In this document: piece by piece, positions 15,995 to 26,480 of the stretch
How positions within the stretch are numbered: position 1 is the first letter of the stretch
How the letters are laid out: every line of letters begins with the position of its first letter
Origin: Erysipelotrichales bacterium
GTDB lineage: Bacteria > Bacillota_I > Bacilli_A > RF39 > UBA660
DNA length: 32,000 nt
Assembly: GCA_022508565.1 (NCBI GenBank)
Contig: JAFLUY010000002.1
Span: forward strand, 1 to 32,000
Direction of reading: 5' to 3'
Notes under the pieces: model-generated
Databases searched by the model: none
What the model saw: only the letters and a program-made list of their open reading frames with translations
What the model was told of the DNA's origin: nothing
Position numbers and translations under genes: made by a program

Positions 15995-16918
15995 ATGAAG
16001 AAAGGAATCTTAGGACGTAAAATCGGTATGACCGAAAAATTTACGAAAGATGGAAAAGTTATTCCTGTTACTGTAGTTGAAGTTGAACCAAATGTTATAA
16101 CTCAAATTAAATCAGTAGAAACTGATGGTTACAACGCTGTTCAATTAGCTGTTGGTAGCAAGAAAGAGAAAAATGCAACTAAGGCTGAAATTGGCCATGC
16201 AAAAAAAGCAGGTGTTGCTCCTAAGCGCTTCTTAAAAGAAATAAGAGTTGAATCTATTGAAGGATACACTCTAGGAAGTACTATAGCAGCTGACACATTC
16301 GAAGTTGGAGAAAAGGTTGATGTAACTGGTACTTCAAAAGGAAAAGGATTTACAGGTGTTATTAAACGCCATGGACAATCTCGTGGACCTGAAACTCATG
16401 GTTCAAGATATCATAGACGTCCAGGTTCAATGGGAACAATGAGACCAATGCGTGTTATGAAAGGTAAAAAGTTAGCTGGACATATGGGTTCAGAAACTGT
16501 TACAATTCAAAACCTAGAAATAATTGAAGTATGTGTTGAAGATCAATACATATTAGTAAGTGGAAATATTCCAGGACCAAAAGGATCATTAGTTTTAATC
16601 AAATCTGCTGTTAAAGGTGGAAAGGTTGAACCTAAAGATATCATCATTAATAAAGAAGAAACAGTAGTAGATAGTATAGAAGAAACTGAGGCTACTGAAG
16701 AAGTAGTAAATGAAGTGGTTGAAAACACTGAAGTAACTGAAGTTGTTGAAGAGACTACTTCAGAAGCAGTAGAAGAAACTGTAGAAGAAGTTGCTCAAGA
16801 AACTCCATCTGAAGAATCAACTGAAGAAGTTGAAGCTCCAGTAGAAGAGGAAAAGAAAGAAGCTACTGAAGAAACTGTTGAAACTGTTAATGAAGTCGAG
16901 GAAACTACTGAAGCATAA
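15995..16918 (+). CDS. rplC: 50S ribosomal protein L3 with an acidic C-terminal extension of about 97 aa
   Basis: [38 protein letters not shown] is the L3 core (about 210 aa). It is followed in frame by an E/T/V-rich tail running to the stop. Confidence 0.95.
   Translation: MKKGILGRKIGMTEKFTKDGKVIPVTVVEVEPNVITQIKSVETDGYNAVQLAVGSKKEKNATKAEIGHAKKAGVAPKRFLKEIRVESIEGYTLGSTIAADTFEVGEKVDVTGTSKGKGFTGVIKRHGQSRGPETHGSRYHRRPGSMGTMRPMRVMKGKKLAGHMGSETVTIQNLEIIEVCVEDQYILVSGNIPGPKGSLVLIKSAVKGGKVEPKDIIINKEETVVDSIEETEATEEVVNEVVENTEVTEVVEETTSEAVEETVEEVAQETPSEESTEEVEAPVEEEKKEATEETVETVNEVEETTEA
16625..16915 (+). repeat. Low-complexity acidic (E/T/V) coding repeat forming the L3 tail
   Basis: Reiterated EETV/EEVV/TEEV units. 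I count 35 Glu in the last 87 residues. Confidence 0.8.
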
Positions 16919-16942
16919 TTTCAGTTGAAAGGAGATTAAAAT

Positions 16943-17566
16943 ATGACAAAAGTAAACGTTATTGATTTAAAAGGATCAAAAGTAAAAGATATAAATATTA
17001 ATGATGAAATTTGGAATATTGAAGGTAACGACATTGTTTTAAAGAAAGCTATTAAATTACAAATGGATTCTTTAAGACAAGGAAGTGCTAAAGTTAAAGA
17101 CCGTTCAGAAGTATCTGGTGGTGGAAGAAAACCATACAGACAAAAAGGAACTGGTAATGCAAGACAAGGATCAATCCGTGCACCACATTATAGAGGTGGT
17201 GGAGTAGTATTCGGTCCAACACAAAGAAGTTATTCATTCAAAATGAATAGAAAAGAAAGAAGATTAGCATTAAAAACTGCTATCTCTGAAAAACTTGCAG
17301 AAAAGAAATTAGTAGTTATTGATTCATTAGAATTAGCAAGTACTAAAACTAAAGATGCTATTAAGATGTTAGAAACATTAAAATTAGAAGGAAAAGTATT
17401 ATTTATCTCATGTCATGATGCTGAAAAATTATATTTAGCTACTAGAAACTTAAATAATGTTGCAGTTATTATGGCTGATGAAATAAATGTTTATGATCTT
17501 GTAAATGCAGACGTAGTTGTTTGTGATGAAGATACAGTAAACTATATAGAGGAGGCGCTTAAATAA
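16943..17566 (+). CDS. rplD: 50S ribosomal protein L4
   Basis: SGGGRKPYRQKGTGNARQGSIRAPHYRGGGVVFGP. Confidence 0.98.
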   Translation: MTKVNVIDLKGSKVKDININDEIWNIEGNDIVLKKAIKLQMDSLRQGSAKVKDRSEVSGGGRKPYRQKGTGNARQGSIRAPHYRGGGVVFGPTQRSYSFKMNRKERRLALKTAISEKLAEKKLVVIDSLELASTKTKDAIKMLETLKLEGKVLFISCHDAEKLYLATRNLNNVAVIMADEINVYDLVNADVVVCDEDTVNYIEEALK

Positions 17567-17835
17567 TGAAAGATATAATTATTGCTCCAGTAATTACTGA
17601 AAAAGCTGCCAATATTAATGCAGATGGAACAACATATGTTTTTAAAGTAAGTAAAAGTGCAAACAAAACTCAAATTGCTGATGCAATTGAAAGCGCTTTC
17701 AATGTTAAAGTTAAAAATATCAGAACTCTTAATACAAAAGCTAAAGATAAAAGAGTTGGAAGATATACAGGAAAAACAAAAACTTATAAGAAAGCTATCG
17801 TTACTTTAGCTGACGGTTACGCTATAGAAATATAG
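17566..17835 (+). CDS. rplW: 50S ribosomal protein L23
   Basis: IIIAPVITEKA..YVFKVSKSANKTQI..KKAIVTL, in the expected operon position. TAATG overlap with rplD. Confidence 0.97.
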   Translation: MKDIIIAPVITEKAANINADGTTYVFKVSKSANKTQIADAIESAFNVKVKNIRTLNTKAKDKRVGRYTGKTKTYKKAIVTLADGYAIEI

Positions 17836-17850
17836 TAGGAGGTATTACTT

Positions 17851-18678
17851 ATGGGTATAAAGAAATATAAACCAACGACTAATGGTCGTAGAGGAATGTC
17901 TACTTTAACCAATGAAGAACTTACTACATCTAAACCAGAAAAATCTTTACTAAAAAGTATAAGTAAAACTGGTGGACGTAATAACCAAGGTCGTATGACT
18001 GTAAGACACATTGGTGGAGGCGCTAAAAGAAAATATCGTGTAATCGATTTTAAAAGAAATAAATTTGGTGTAACTGGTAAAGTTGCAACAATTGAGTATG
18101 ATCCAAATCGTAATGCTAATATAGCTTTAATTACTTACTTAGATGGTGAAAAAAGATATATTATTGCACCAAAAGATTTAAAAGTTGGAATGATCGTTGA
18201 AGCAGGAGAAGCTGTAGATATTAAAGTTGGTAATGCAATGCAATTACAAAACATTCCAGTTGGTACTTTAGTTCATAATATCGAACTTAAACCTGGTAAA
18301 GGTGGAGAAATAGCAAGATCTGCTGGACAAAGTGCTCAAATCTTAGGTAGAGATGGAAAATATGTAATCGTTCGTTTACAATCAGGTGAAACAAGAAAAA
18401 TTCTTGGAACTTGTATGGCAACAGTTGGTGTTGTTGGTAACGAAGACTATGAATTAGTAAATATTGGTAAAGCTGGACGTTCACGTCACATGGGTATTCG
18501 TCCTACAAACCGTGGTTCCGTTATGAACCCTAATGACCATCCACATGGTGGTGGTGAAGGTAGAACACCAATCGGACGTAAAGCTCCAATGACTCCATGG
18601 GGTAAACCAGCTCTTGGATATAAAACTCGTAAAGGAAAGAAAGCTTCTGACAAGTTAATTGTTAGTAAGAAGAAATAG
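17851..18678 (+). CDS. rplB: 50S ribosomal protein L2
   Basis: [35 protein letters not shown]. Confidence 0.98.
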   Translation: MGIKKYKPTTNGRRGMSTLTNEELTTSKPEKSLLKSISKTGGRNNQGRMTVRHIGGGAKRKYRVIDFKRNKFGVTGKVATIEYDPNRNANIALITYLDGEKRYIIAPKDLKVGMIVEAGEAVDIKVGNAMQLQNIPVGTLVHNIELKPGKGGEIARSAGQSAQILGRDGKYVIVRLQSGETRKILGTCMATVGVVGNEDYELVNIGKAGRSRHMGIRPTNRGSVMNPNDHPHGGGEGRTPIGRKAPMTPWGKPALGYKTRKGKKASDKLIVSKKK

Positions 18679-18686
18679 GTGATTTT

Positions 18687-18950
18687 ATGGCAAGAAGTTT
18701 AAAGAAAGGGCCTTTCATAGATAAAAGCCTAATGAATAAAATAAAGAAATTAAATGATGAAAATAAAAAAGAAGTTGTTAAGACATGGTCACGTCGTTCA
18801 ACAATTTTCCCAGATTTCATAGGTCATACTATCGCAGTACATAATGGAAAAGATTTTATTCCAGTATATATAACTGAAGATATGGTAGGACATAAATTAG
18901 GAGAATTTGCTTTAACTCGTAAAGCTGGCGGACATGCAGGACAAAAATAG
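18687..18950 (+). CDS. rpsS: 30S ribosomal protein S19
   Basis: [43 protein letters not shown]. Confidence 0.98.
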   Translation: MARSLKKGPFIDKSLMNKIKKLNDENKKEVVKTWSRRSTIFPDFIGHTIAVHNGKDFIPVYITEDMVGHKLGEFALTRKAGGHAGQK

Positions 18951-18961
18951 GAGGGTAATAG

Positions 18962-19303
18962 ATGGAAACATTTGCAATACATAAAAGTGCAATGGTAGCT
19001 CCACGTAAATGCCGTATGACTATGGATTTAGTAAGAGGCAAAAAAGCTACTACTGCTGTTGGAATATTAAAGAATACAAATACTAAATCATCTAGACTTA
19101 TCCTAAAAGTATTAGAATCTGCAATGGCTAATGCAACTAACAACTTCGGAGCTAAAGTAGAAGATTTAGTAATATCTGAATGCTTTGTTAACCCAGGACC
19201 AGTTTATAAGAGAGTAAAAATTGGATCAAAGACAAAAGTAGACAGAAGAGATAAAAGAACAAGTCACATAACTGTAAAAGTTAGTGATGGTAAGGAGGCT
19301 TAA
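18962..19303 (+). CDS. rplV: 50S ribosomal protein L22
   Basis: APRKCRMTMDLVRGKK..ILKVLESAMANA..HITVKV. Confidence 0.97.
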   Translation: METFAIHKSAMVAPRKCRMTMDLVRGKKATTAVGILKNTNTKSSRLILKVLESAMANATNNFGAKVEDLVISECFVNPGPVYKRVKIGSKTKVDRRDKRTSHITVKVSDGKEA

Positions 19304-19305
19304 TT

Positions 19306-19989
19306 ATGGGACAAAAGGTAGATCCTAGAGGATTAAGACTTGGTGTCAATAAAGATTGGCAATCTAAGTGGTATGCTGAAGGTTCTGAATATGTTAAATC
19401 ATTAAACAACGATATTAAAATTCGTGAATTCTTAACAGAAGAACTTAAAGATGCTGCTGTAGCTGAAATAATTATTGAAAGAAAAAATAACAGAATCGAT
19501 GTTAAAATATCTACTGCTAAACCTGGTGTAATCATCGGTAGAGGCGGAGAAGATATTGAAAAACTAAGAGCTAATATTAAAAAAGTATGTGGAGAAGATG
19601 TATTTGTTACAATTAATGAAATCAAAAATCCAGCATTATCTGCTGAATTAGTTGCTCAAAATATTGCTAAACAAATCGAAAACAGAGCTCCTTTCAGAAG
19701 TGCTCAAAAGAAAGCTATTAAGGAAACTATGAAAGCTGGTGCTAAAGGAATTAAAACTGCAGTATCAGGAAGACTTGGTGGAGCCGAAATGGCTAGAACT
19801 GAAGGATATACTGAAGGAACTGTACCTCTACAAACTATCAGAGCTGATGTTGACTATGCAGTTGCAGAAGCTAGTACTACATATGGAAAAATTGGTGTAA
19901 AAGTTTGGATTTACAAAGGTGAAATCTTAAACAAGAAAGCAAGTGCCAAAGAAGGAGGTAATGACGATGTTAATGCCAAAAAGAACTAA
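19306..19989 (+). CDS. rpsC: 30S ribosomal protein S3
   Basis: [47 protein letters not shown]. Confidence 0.98.
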   Translation: MGQKVDPRGLRLGVNKDWQSKWYAEGSEYVKSLNNDIKIREFLTEELKDAAVAEIIIERKNNRIDVKISTAKPGVIIGRGGEDIEKLRANIKKVCGEDVFVTINEIKNPALSAELVAQNIAKQIENRAPFRSAQKKAIKETMKAGAKGIKTAVSGRLGGAEMARTEGYTEGTVPLQTIRADVDYAVAEASTTYGKIGVKVWIYKGEILNKKASAKEGGNDDVNAKKN

Positions 19990-20389
19990 ATATCGTAAAC
20001 CTCATAGACTTCCTTATGAAGGACATGCAAGAGGAAATAGAACTGTTCAATTCGGTGAATTTGGTTTACAAGCTAAAGAAGGCGGATATATAACAGCTAG
20101 ACAAATTGAAGCAGCACGTATTGCTATGACTCGTTACATGAAACGTGGTGGACAAGTATGGATTAATATTTTCCCACACTTAGCAAGAACCCAAAAACCT
20201 TTAGAAACTCGTCAAGGTAAAGGTAAAGGTGCAGTAAAAGAATGGGCTGCTGTAGTTAAAGAAGGAAAAGTAATGTTTGAAGTTGCTGGAGTATCTGAAG
20301 AGATTGCTCGTGAAGCTTTAAGACTTGCTTCTCATAAATTAAGTGTAAAAACTAAAATAGTTAAAAAAGAAGAAAGTGGTGAAATCTAA
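19967..20389 (+). CDS. rplP: 50S ribosomal protein L16
   Basis: [14 protein letters not shown] is the canonical L16 N-terminus. AGGAGG lies 9 nt upstream of ATG 19967. The gene overlaps the rpsC 3' end by 23 nt. The ORF-track start at 19943 is rejected. Confidence 0.93.
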   Translation: MLMPKRTKYRKPHRLPYEGHARGNRTVQFGEFGLQAKEGGYITARQIEAARIAMTRYMKRGGQVWINIFPHLARTQKPLETRQGKGKGAVKEWAAVVKEGKVMFEVAGVSEEIAREALRLASHKLSVKTKIVKKEESGEI

Positions 20390-20592
20390 TGAAGGCAAGC
20401 GAAATTAGAAAAATGTCTAATGAAGAGATCAACAAAAAGATTGAAGAATTAAAAGACGAATTATTTAATTTAAGAATGCAAAAAGCAACTGCAGCATTAG
20501 AAAAACCACATAGAATTAAAGCTGCTAAAAAAGATATAGCTAGAATGAAAACTATTTTAACAGAAAGAGAAAACGAAGGAGGAAATGAATAA
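20389..20592 (+). CDS. rpmC: 50S ribosomal protein L29
   Basis: [24 protein letters not shown], in the expected operon position. Confidence 0.96.
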   Translation: MKASEIRKMSNEEINKKIEELKDELFNLRMQKATAALEKPHRIKAAKKDIARMKTILTERENEGGNE

Positions 20593-20852
20593 TGAGTGAA
20601 ACTAAAAGATCTGAACTAATTGGTAAAGTTGTAAGTGCAACTAACGATAAAACTATTACAGTTTTAGTTGAAACTTATATAAAACATCCTCTTTACAAAA
20701 AAAGAGTTAAGCGTTCTAAAAAGTATGCTGCTCACGATGAAAAAAATATTGCTAAAGTTGGAGATACAGTTAGACTATTATCTACAAGACCATTATCTAA
20801 AACTAAAAGATATGAACTTGTTGAAGTATTAGTTGAATCTGTAGAAGCATAA
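20592..20852 (+). CDS. rpsQ: 30S ribosomal protein S17
   Basis: [43 protein letters not shown]. Confidence 0.97.
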   Translation: MSETKRSELIGKVVSATNDKTITVLVETYIKHPLYKKRVKRSKKYAAHDEKNIAKVGDTVRLLSTRPLSKTKRYELVEVLVESVEA

Positions 20853-20863
20853 GGAGGGTTATT

Positions 20864-21232
20864 ATGATACAACAAGAAACTAGATTAAAAGTTGCTGATA
20901 ACTCTGGAGCTCGTGAATTATTAGTAATTAGAGTATTAGGTGGTGGAAGCCGTAAATATGCAAATATTGGTGATACAGTAGTTGCTACTGTTAAAAAAGC
21001 TATACCTAATTCAAATATTAAAAAAGGAAAAGTAGTTAAAGCCGTAATCGTAAGAAGTGTTGAAGGAGTAAGAAGAGCTGACGGATCTTATATTAAATTT
21101 ACTGATAATGCTGCTGTATTAATCAAGGAAGATAAGAGCCCTGTTGGAACTCGTGTTCTTGGTCCTGTTGCTAGAGAACTTCGTGAAAAAGATTTCATGA
21201 AAATCGTATCTTTAGCACCAGAAGTATTATAG
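20864..21232 (+). CDS. rplN: 50S ribosomal protein L14
   Basis: [30 protein letters not shown]. Confidence 0.98.
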   Translation: MIQQETRLKVADNSGARELLVIRVLGGGSRKYANIGDTVVATVKKAIPNSNIKKGKVVKAVIVRSVEGVRRADGSYIKFTDNAAVLIKEDKSPVGTRVLGPVARELREKDFMKIVSLAPEVL

Positions 21233-21241
21233 GAGGATAAC

Positions 21242-21538
21242 ATGAAAGTAAAAGTTGGAGATAAAGTAAAAGTTCTTGCTGGAAAAGATAAAGGTAAAGA
21301 AGGAACTGTAACACTTACTTTAAGAAAAAAAGATAAAGTAGTAGTAAGTGGAATTAATATGGTTAAAAAGCATATTAAACCTAATGCTATGAATGAAACT
21401 GGTGGAATTGTTTCAGTAGAAGCTCCTATCCATGTTTCTAACGTTTCAGTTATCACTTCAGAAAAAAAGGCTAAAACTGCTAAAGTAGAAGAAAAATCTA
21501 CTAAAAAAACAACTAAAAAAGAAGCAGGTGAGAAATAA
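21242..21538 (+). CDS. rplX: 50S ribosomal protein L24 (Lys-rich C-terminal tail)
   Basis: [40 protein letters not shown], then the tail [24 protein letters not shown]. Confidence 0.95.
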   Translation: MKVKVGDKVKVLAGKDKGKEGTVTLTLRKKDKVVVSGINMVKKHIKPNAMNETGGIVSVEAPIHVSNVSVITSEKKAKTAKVEEKSTKKTTKKEAGEK

Positions 21539-22077
21539 TGAATAGTTTAAAAGAAAAATATGAAAGTGAAATCAAAAAAGATTTAATGACTAAATTTAAC
21601 TATTCTTCAATTATGGAAGTTCCTAAATTAGAAAAAATAGTTGTTAATATTGGTGTTGGTGAAGCTGCACATGATTCTAAATTTATAGAAGCTGCCGCTG
21701 CTGATCTTGAGACTATCACAGGTCAAAAACCAATAATCACTAAAGCTAAAAAATCAATCGCAGGCTTCAAATTAAGAGAAGGTCAAAGCATTGGAACTAA
21801 AGTTACATTAAGAGGGGAAAATATGTATAACTTCATGGAAAAATTAATCCGTGTAGCATTACCTCGTGTACGTGACTTTAGAGGGATTAGTCCAAAAGCA
21901 TTTGATGGATTTGGAAATTACACATTAGGAATAAAAGAACAACTTATATTCCCAGAAATAGATTATGATAATGTATTAAAAATTAGAGGAATGGATATTG
22001 TTTTTGTTACAACAGCAAAAACAAATGAAGAAGCATTTGAATTATTAAAAGGCTTCGGAATGCCATTTAGAAAGTAG
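21538..22077 (+). CDS. rplE: 50S ribosomal protein L5
   Basis: [51 protein letters not shown]. Confidence 0.98.
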   Translation: MNSLKEKYESEIKKDLMTKFNYSSIMEVPKLEKIVVNIGVGEAAHDSKFIEAAAADLETITGQKPIITKAKKSIAGFKLREGQSIGTKVTLRGENMYNFMEKLIRVALPRVRDFRGISPKAFDGFGNYTLGIKEQLIFPEIDYDNVLKIRGMDIVFVTTAKTNEEAFELLKGFGMPFRK

Positions 22078-22086
22078 GTATTGAAT

Positions 22087-22272
22087 ATGGCAAAGACAAG
22101 TATGAAAGTTAAGGCTAATCGCCCACAAAAATTCAAAGTTAGAGAATATACTAGATGTCAAAGATGCGGAAGACCTCATGGAGTTTTACGTAAATTTGGA
22201 TTATGCCGTATTTGTTTTAGAGAACTTGCAAATCAAGGCAAAATACCTGGCGTTAAAAAATCAAGTTGGTAG
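22087..22272 (+). CDS. rpsZ: 30S ribosomal protein S14, zinc-binding type Z
   Basis: 61 aa, [32 protein letters not shown], with CxxC...CxxC. ATG 22087 is preferred to TTG 22081. Confidence 0.95.
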   Translation: MAKTSMKVKANRPQKFKVREYTRCQRCGRPHGVLRKFGLCRICFRELANQGKIPGVKKSSW

Positions 22273-22286
22273 AAAGGAAGTAAATT

Positions 22287-22685
22287 ATGGTAGAAGATAG
22301 AATTGCAGATATGCTTACAAGAATTCGTAATGCAAATCAAATGAAGTATGATACTGTTGAAGTATTAGGTTCAAAGATGACTTGTGAAATTGCAAGAATC
22401 TTAAAAGAAGAAGGATACATAAGCGATTATGTTCTTGAAGAAGCAAAAAACGGAAATAAAATAATTGTAAGTTTAAAATATACTGAAGGTAAGAAAACTA
22501 GAGTTATTACTGGACTTAAAAGAATATCTAAATCTGGTCTTAGAGTATACGCTAAACATGATGAACTTCCTAGAGTTCTAAATGGTTTAGGAATCGCTAT
22601 TATTTCAACTTCCGAAGGAATTATGACTGATAGAGATGCTAGAAATAAAAAACTAGGAGGAGAAGTACTTGCTTACATTTGGTAG
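22287..22685 (+). CDS. rpsH: 30S ribosomal protein S8
   Basis: [34 protein letters not shown]. Confidence 0.98.
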   Translation: MVEDRIADMLTRIRNANQMKYDTVEVLGSKMTCEIARILKEEGYISDYVLEEAKNGNKIIVSLKYTEGKKTRVITGLKRISKSGLRVYAKHDELPRVLNGLGIAIISTSEGIMTDRDARNKKLGGEVLAYIW

Positions 22686-22702
22686 GGAGGAAAATATTAG
22701 TT

Positions 22703-23242
22703 ATGAGTAGAATAGGAAATAGAATATTAACTATTCCTGCTGGTGTAACTGTTGAAGTAGTAGATAATACTATTACAACTAAAGGACCAAAAGGAGAACT
22801 TAAATATACATTTGATGAATCTATTAGTGCTAAAGTGGATGACGGAAAAGTTATCGTTACTAGAGCAAATGAATTAAAACAAACAAAATCATTACATGGA
22901 ACTACAAATGCACTTATTTCTAATATGTTAATAGGTGTATCTGCTGGTTTTGAAAAATCATTAGAAGCTGTTGGTGTTGGATACAAATTTGCTGTATCTG
23001 GCAAAAAAATAACAGTTCATGCTGGATATTCACATACTATTGATGTAGAAGTACCTGAAGGTGTTTCAGTTGAAGGTGTTTCTGCTACAGAAATTTGTGT
23101 AAAAGGAATAGACAGACAAAAAGTATCTGAATTTGCGGCTAATATTCGTAAAATAAGAGAACCAGAACCATATAAAGGTAAGGGTATCCGTTATAAAGGC
23201 GAATATGTAAGACGTAAAGAAGGAAAGAAAGCAGCTAAATAG
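22703..23242 (+). CDS. rplF: 50S ribosomal protein L6
   Basis: MSRIGNRILTIPAGV..KGPKGEL..GVGYKF..EPYKGKGIRY. GGGAGG RBS lies upstream of ATG 22703. The ORF-track start at 22679 is rejected. Confidence 0.95.
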   Translation: MSRIGNRILTIPAGVTVEVVDNTITTKGPKGELKYTFDESISAKVDDGKVIVTRANELKQTKSLHGTTNALISNMLIGVSAGFEKSLEAVGVGYKFAVSGKKITVHAGYSHTIDVEVPEGVSVEGVSATEICVKGIDRQKVSEFAANIRKIREPEPYKGKGIRYKGEYVRRKEGKKAAK

Positions 23243-23257
23243 GTAGGAGGATAGAAG

Positions 23258-23614
23258 ATGACAAAAAAAGAATCAAATAATGTTGCAAGACTAAGAAGAC
23301 ATGCAAGAGTTCGCGATAAAATATCTGGAACTGCTGATTGTCCAAGATTAAATGTATTTAGATCTAATTCTCAAATTTTCGCACAAATTATTGATGACGA
23401 AAAGGGAACTACCTTAGTTAGTTCATCAAGCGTTGAACTAAAAATCAAAAATGGTGGAAACGCTGAAGGAGCTAAACAAGTTGGTGCTGATATAGCCAAA
23501 AAAGCCAATAAAGCAGGAATTAAAACTGTTGTGTTTGATAGAGGTGGATACCAATATCATGGACGTGTTGCTGCTTTAGCAGAAGCTGCACGCGAAAATG
23601 GATTGGAATTTTAG
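23258..23614 (+). CDS. rplR: 50S ribosomal protein L18
   Basis: [55 protein letters not shown]. Confidence 0.98.
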   Translation: MTKKESNNVARLRRHARVRDKISGTADCPRLNVFRSNSQIFAQIIDDEKGTTLVSSSSVELKIKNGGNAEGAKQVGADIAKKANKAGIKTVVFDRGGYQYHGRVAALAEAARENGLEF

Positions 23615-23623
23615 GAGGTAATT

Positions 23624-24124
23624 ATGGCAAGACAAGAAGACCCTAAGAAAAAACTTTTATTAGAAAAAGTAATAGATATAAAAAGAGTAACTAAGGTTAC
23701 TAAAGGTGGACGTAACTTTAGATTCTCTGCTGCTATGGCAGTTGGTGATGGCAAAGGATTAGTAGGAATCGGAAGCGGAAAAGCAAACGAAGTAACTGAT
23801 GCAATTAAAAAAGGTTTACAATCTGCTAATAAAAATTTAGTTAGAATATCTTTAGTAGATAACAGAACTATCCCTCATGAAGCTACAGGTTCATGTGGTA
23901 GAGCTAGAGTTTTATTAAAACCAGCTCCAAAAGGTACAGGAGTTGTAGCCGGAGGTGCTGCTCGTGCAGTACTAGAACTTGCAGGTGTTAAAGATATTGT
24001 TGCAAAAAGTTTAGGTTCAAATACTAAAGTAAACGTTGCTAAAGCTACATTAGAAGCTTTAAAATCAGTACGTACTGCAGAACAAATTGCAGAATTACGT
24101 GGAAAGAAAGTTGAGGAGTTATAA
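23624..24124 (+). CDS. rpsE: 30S ribosomal protein S5
   Basis: VIDIKRVTKVTKGGRNFRFSA..VGDGKG..GSGKANEV..AGGAARAVLELAGV. Confidence 0.98.
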   Translation: MARQEDPKKKLLLEKVIDIKRVTKVTKGGRNFRFSAAMAVGDGKGLVGIGSGKANEVTDAIKKGLQSANKNLVRISLVDNRTIPHEATGSCGRARVLLKPAPKGTGVVAGGAARAVLELAGVKDIVAKSLGSNTKVNVAKATLEALKSVRTAEQIAELRGKKVEEL

Positions 24125-24125
24125 T

Positions 24126-24566
24126 ATGAAATTAGAAAATTTAAGTAAATCTCCAGAAACTAAAGCAAGAAAAAGAGTTGGTCGTGGACCTGGATCAGGA
24201 ATGGGTAAAACTGCTACTCGTGGAGAAAATGGTCAAAAATCAAGAAGTGGTGTTAGTATCTCGGCTTGGTTCGAAGGTGGACAAACTCCATTATATAGAA
24301 GAGTTCCTAAAAGAGGATTTAATAATAAAAGATTCAGAACTGAATATGCAACCATCAATATTTCTGATTTAAATAGATTTAATGATGGTGATACAGTTAC
24401 TCCAGAATTATTATTCGAGTTAGGAATTGTTAAAAAACAATTAGCTGGTATCAAAGTACTTGCTAATGGTACATTAGAAAAGAAGGTTAATGTAAAAGCT
24501 CATAGATTTTCATCTAAAGCTGTTACTAAGATTGAAGAAAAAGGCGGAACAACAGAGGTGATTTAG
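24126..24566 (+). CDS. rplO: 50S ribosomal protein L15
   Basis: MKLENLSKSP..RKRVGRGPGSGMGKTATRG..GQKSRSG..FEGGQTPLYRRVPKRGF. It starts 2 nt after the rpsE stop, leaving no room for rpmD. Confidence 0.95.
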   Translation: MKLENLSKSPETKARKRVGRGPGSGMGKTATRGENGQKSRSGVSISAWFEGGQTPLYRRVPKRGFNNKRFRTEYATINISDLNRFNDGDTVTPELLFELGIVKKQLAGIKVLANGTLEKKVNVKAHRFSSKAVTKIEEKGGTTEVI

Positions 24567-24567
24567 A

Positions 24568-25836
24568 ATGTTCAAGAGTCTTAAAGGAATATTTAATTCC
24601 AATAATAAAGATTTGCGAAAAAGAATTTACTTCACCTTACTTGTGTTAGCTATATTTGGCCTAGGAACTAACATAATAGTTCCAGGGGCAAAACAAATAA
24701 CTCAAAATTTAAGTTTTTTAGATTTATTAAACTTAATGAGTGGTGGAAGTTTAAAAACTTTTTCGATATTTGCGTTAGGAGTAATGCCTTATATTACAGC
24801 ATCTATCCTTACACAATTATTACAAATGGATATTCTTCCATATTTTAAAGAATTAAAAGATCAAGGAGCTACTGGTAGACAAAAGATTAATAGAATAAAT
24901 AGATATTTAGGTATTCTATTTGCTTTTGTTCAAGGTTATATATATTCAGTTGCTTTTATGGGCGGAACAACTGTTGAAATCATAAAAACAACAATTATCT
25001 TAACTGCTGGTACAGCCTTGTTATTATGGCTAGCTGATCAAATTACTAATAAAGGATTAGGAAATGGTGTTTCACTATTCATAATGGCTGGTATAGTTAA
25101 TACTTTACCATCGACATTTATTACAGCATTTAAAGATTTAGTAGTAGCTGATTCATTCACAAAAGTATTAGGAATAATTCTATTTGTGTCATTTATTATA
25201 GCTTATTTATTAATTCTAATAGGTGTTGTATACATGCAAATTAGTGAAAGAAGAATTCCAATTCAACATAGTACTAGAACAGATAGTTCTTTCTCAAAAG
25301 AACAATCTTATATACCTTTAAAATTAAACTCAGCAAGTGTAATGCCAGTTATTTTTGCTAGTGCAATCACTAGTGTACCATCATTAATCGGTGGATTAAT
25401 CAATAAACCGGCATTTACAAACTTTGTTGATAATTATATAGTTTATACATCTTTCACAGGATATATTCTATACATTGTATTAATTTTCCTTTTTGGATAC
25501 GTTTATACACTAATGGAATTAAATCCAAAAGAAATGAGTGAAAATTTAGATAAGAATAGAAGTTATATTCCAGGAATTACACCTGGAGAAAAAACAGCAG
25601 CATATCTTAAAGGAACAATTTCAAGATTAACTGTTGTAGGAAGTATTTTCCTTATCATAATAGCATCTATTCCACTATTATTTAGTAAGATTTCAAGTCT
25701 ATCAAGTGCTGTCACTCTTGGTGGTACTGGACTTTTAATCGTAGTTGGTGTTGCTCTTGAAACTTATAAACAACTTGAAAGTAGCATCGTAAGTAGAAGT
25801 TATCAAGGAAGTAGAAAGAGAAGACATAGAAGATGA
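24568..25836 (+). CDS. secY: Preprotein translocase subunit SecY
   Basis: 422 aa, multi-TM. FALGVMPYITASILTQLL..GRQKI, in the expected operon position. Confidence 0.97.
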   Translation: MFKSLKGIFNSNNKDLRKRIYFTLLVLAIFGLGTNIIVPGAKQITQNLSFLDLLNLMSGGSLKTFSIFALGVMPYITASILTQLLQMDILPYFKELKDQGATGRQKINRINRYLGILFAFVQGYIYSVAFMGGTTVEIIKTTIILTAGTALLLWLADQITNKGLGNGVSLFIMAGIVNTLPSTFITAFKDLVVADSFTKVLGIILFVSFIIAYLLILIGVVYMQISERRIPIQHSTRTDSSFSKEQSYIPLKLNSASVMPVIFASAITSVPSLIGGLINKPAFTNFVDNYIVYTSFTGYILYIVLIFLFGYVYTLMELNPKEMSENLDKNRSYIPGITPGEKTAAYLKGTISRLTVVGSIFLIIIASIPLLFSKISSLSSAVTLGGTGLLIVVGVALETYKQLESSIVSRSYQGSRKRRHRR

Positions 25837-26480
25837 AAAATATAATATTTATAGCTCCTCCAGCAGCCGGAAAAGGAACACAAAGTGCAAAGCTAACAGA
25901 AAAATATAATTACATTCATATTTCTACAGGAGATTTACTTAGAAGCGAGATCGCAGAAGGTACTCCGCTTGGAAAAGAAATAGAAAATATTATGGCTAGT
26001 GGACATTTCGTTAGTGATGAAATCGCTACAGAGGTATTAAGAAAACGTTTAAGTAAACCAGATATTGCAAATGGTTTTATCTTAGATGGTTACCCAAGAA
26101 ATGTTAAACAAGCAGAAATCTTAGATGGTATAGTTAAGGATTTAAACATCAGTTTAGATGTTGCAATATATCTTAGTATGGATAAGACTACTGCTATGCA
26201 TCGTGCACTTGGAAGAATTACTTGTCCAAACTGTAATAGAGGATACAATAAATATGAAAATATTTTAAAACCAAAAAACGAATGGATTTGTGACGATTGC
26301 GCAACTGAACTTGTTAGTAGAAGCGATGATAACGAAGAAACATTCGGAATAAGGTTTGACGACTATGTTAACAAAACTGAGCCTCTGCTTGATTATTACA
26401 AAGAGGCTGGTATACTTAAAGTTATAGACAATAGTGGTACTCCCGATGAAACATTTAAGAGCATTGAAAGTGTGATTTAA
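25833..26480 (+). CDS. adk: Adenylate kinase (Zn-lid type)
   Basis: PPAAGKGTQ P-loop, ISTGDLLR, LDGYPR, and a four-Cys lid (CPNC...CDDC). ATGA overlap with secY. Confidence 0.97.
   Translation: MKNIIFIAPPAAGKGTQSAKLTEKYNYIHISTGDLLRSEIAEGTPLGKEIENIMASGHFVSDEIATEVLRKRLSKPDIANGFILDGYPRNVKQAEILDGIVKDLNISLDVAIYLSMDKTTAMHRALGRITCPNCNRGYNKYENILKPKNEWICDDCATELVSRSDDNEETFGIRFDDYVNKTEPLLDYYKEAGILKVIDNSGTPDETFKSIESVI

Noticed and set aside
24178-24372. Plus-strand 64-aa ORF in an alternative frame within rplO
   Set aside because: It is entirely nested in the L15 coding sequence in another frame, with no RBS and no family resemblance.
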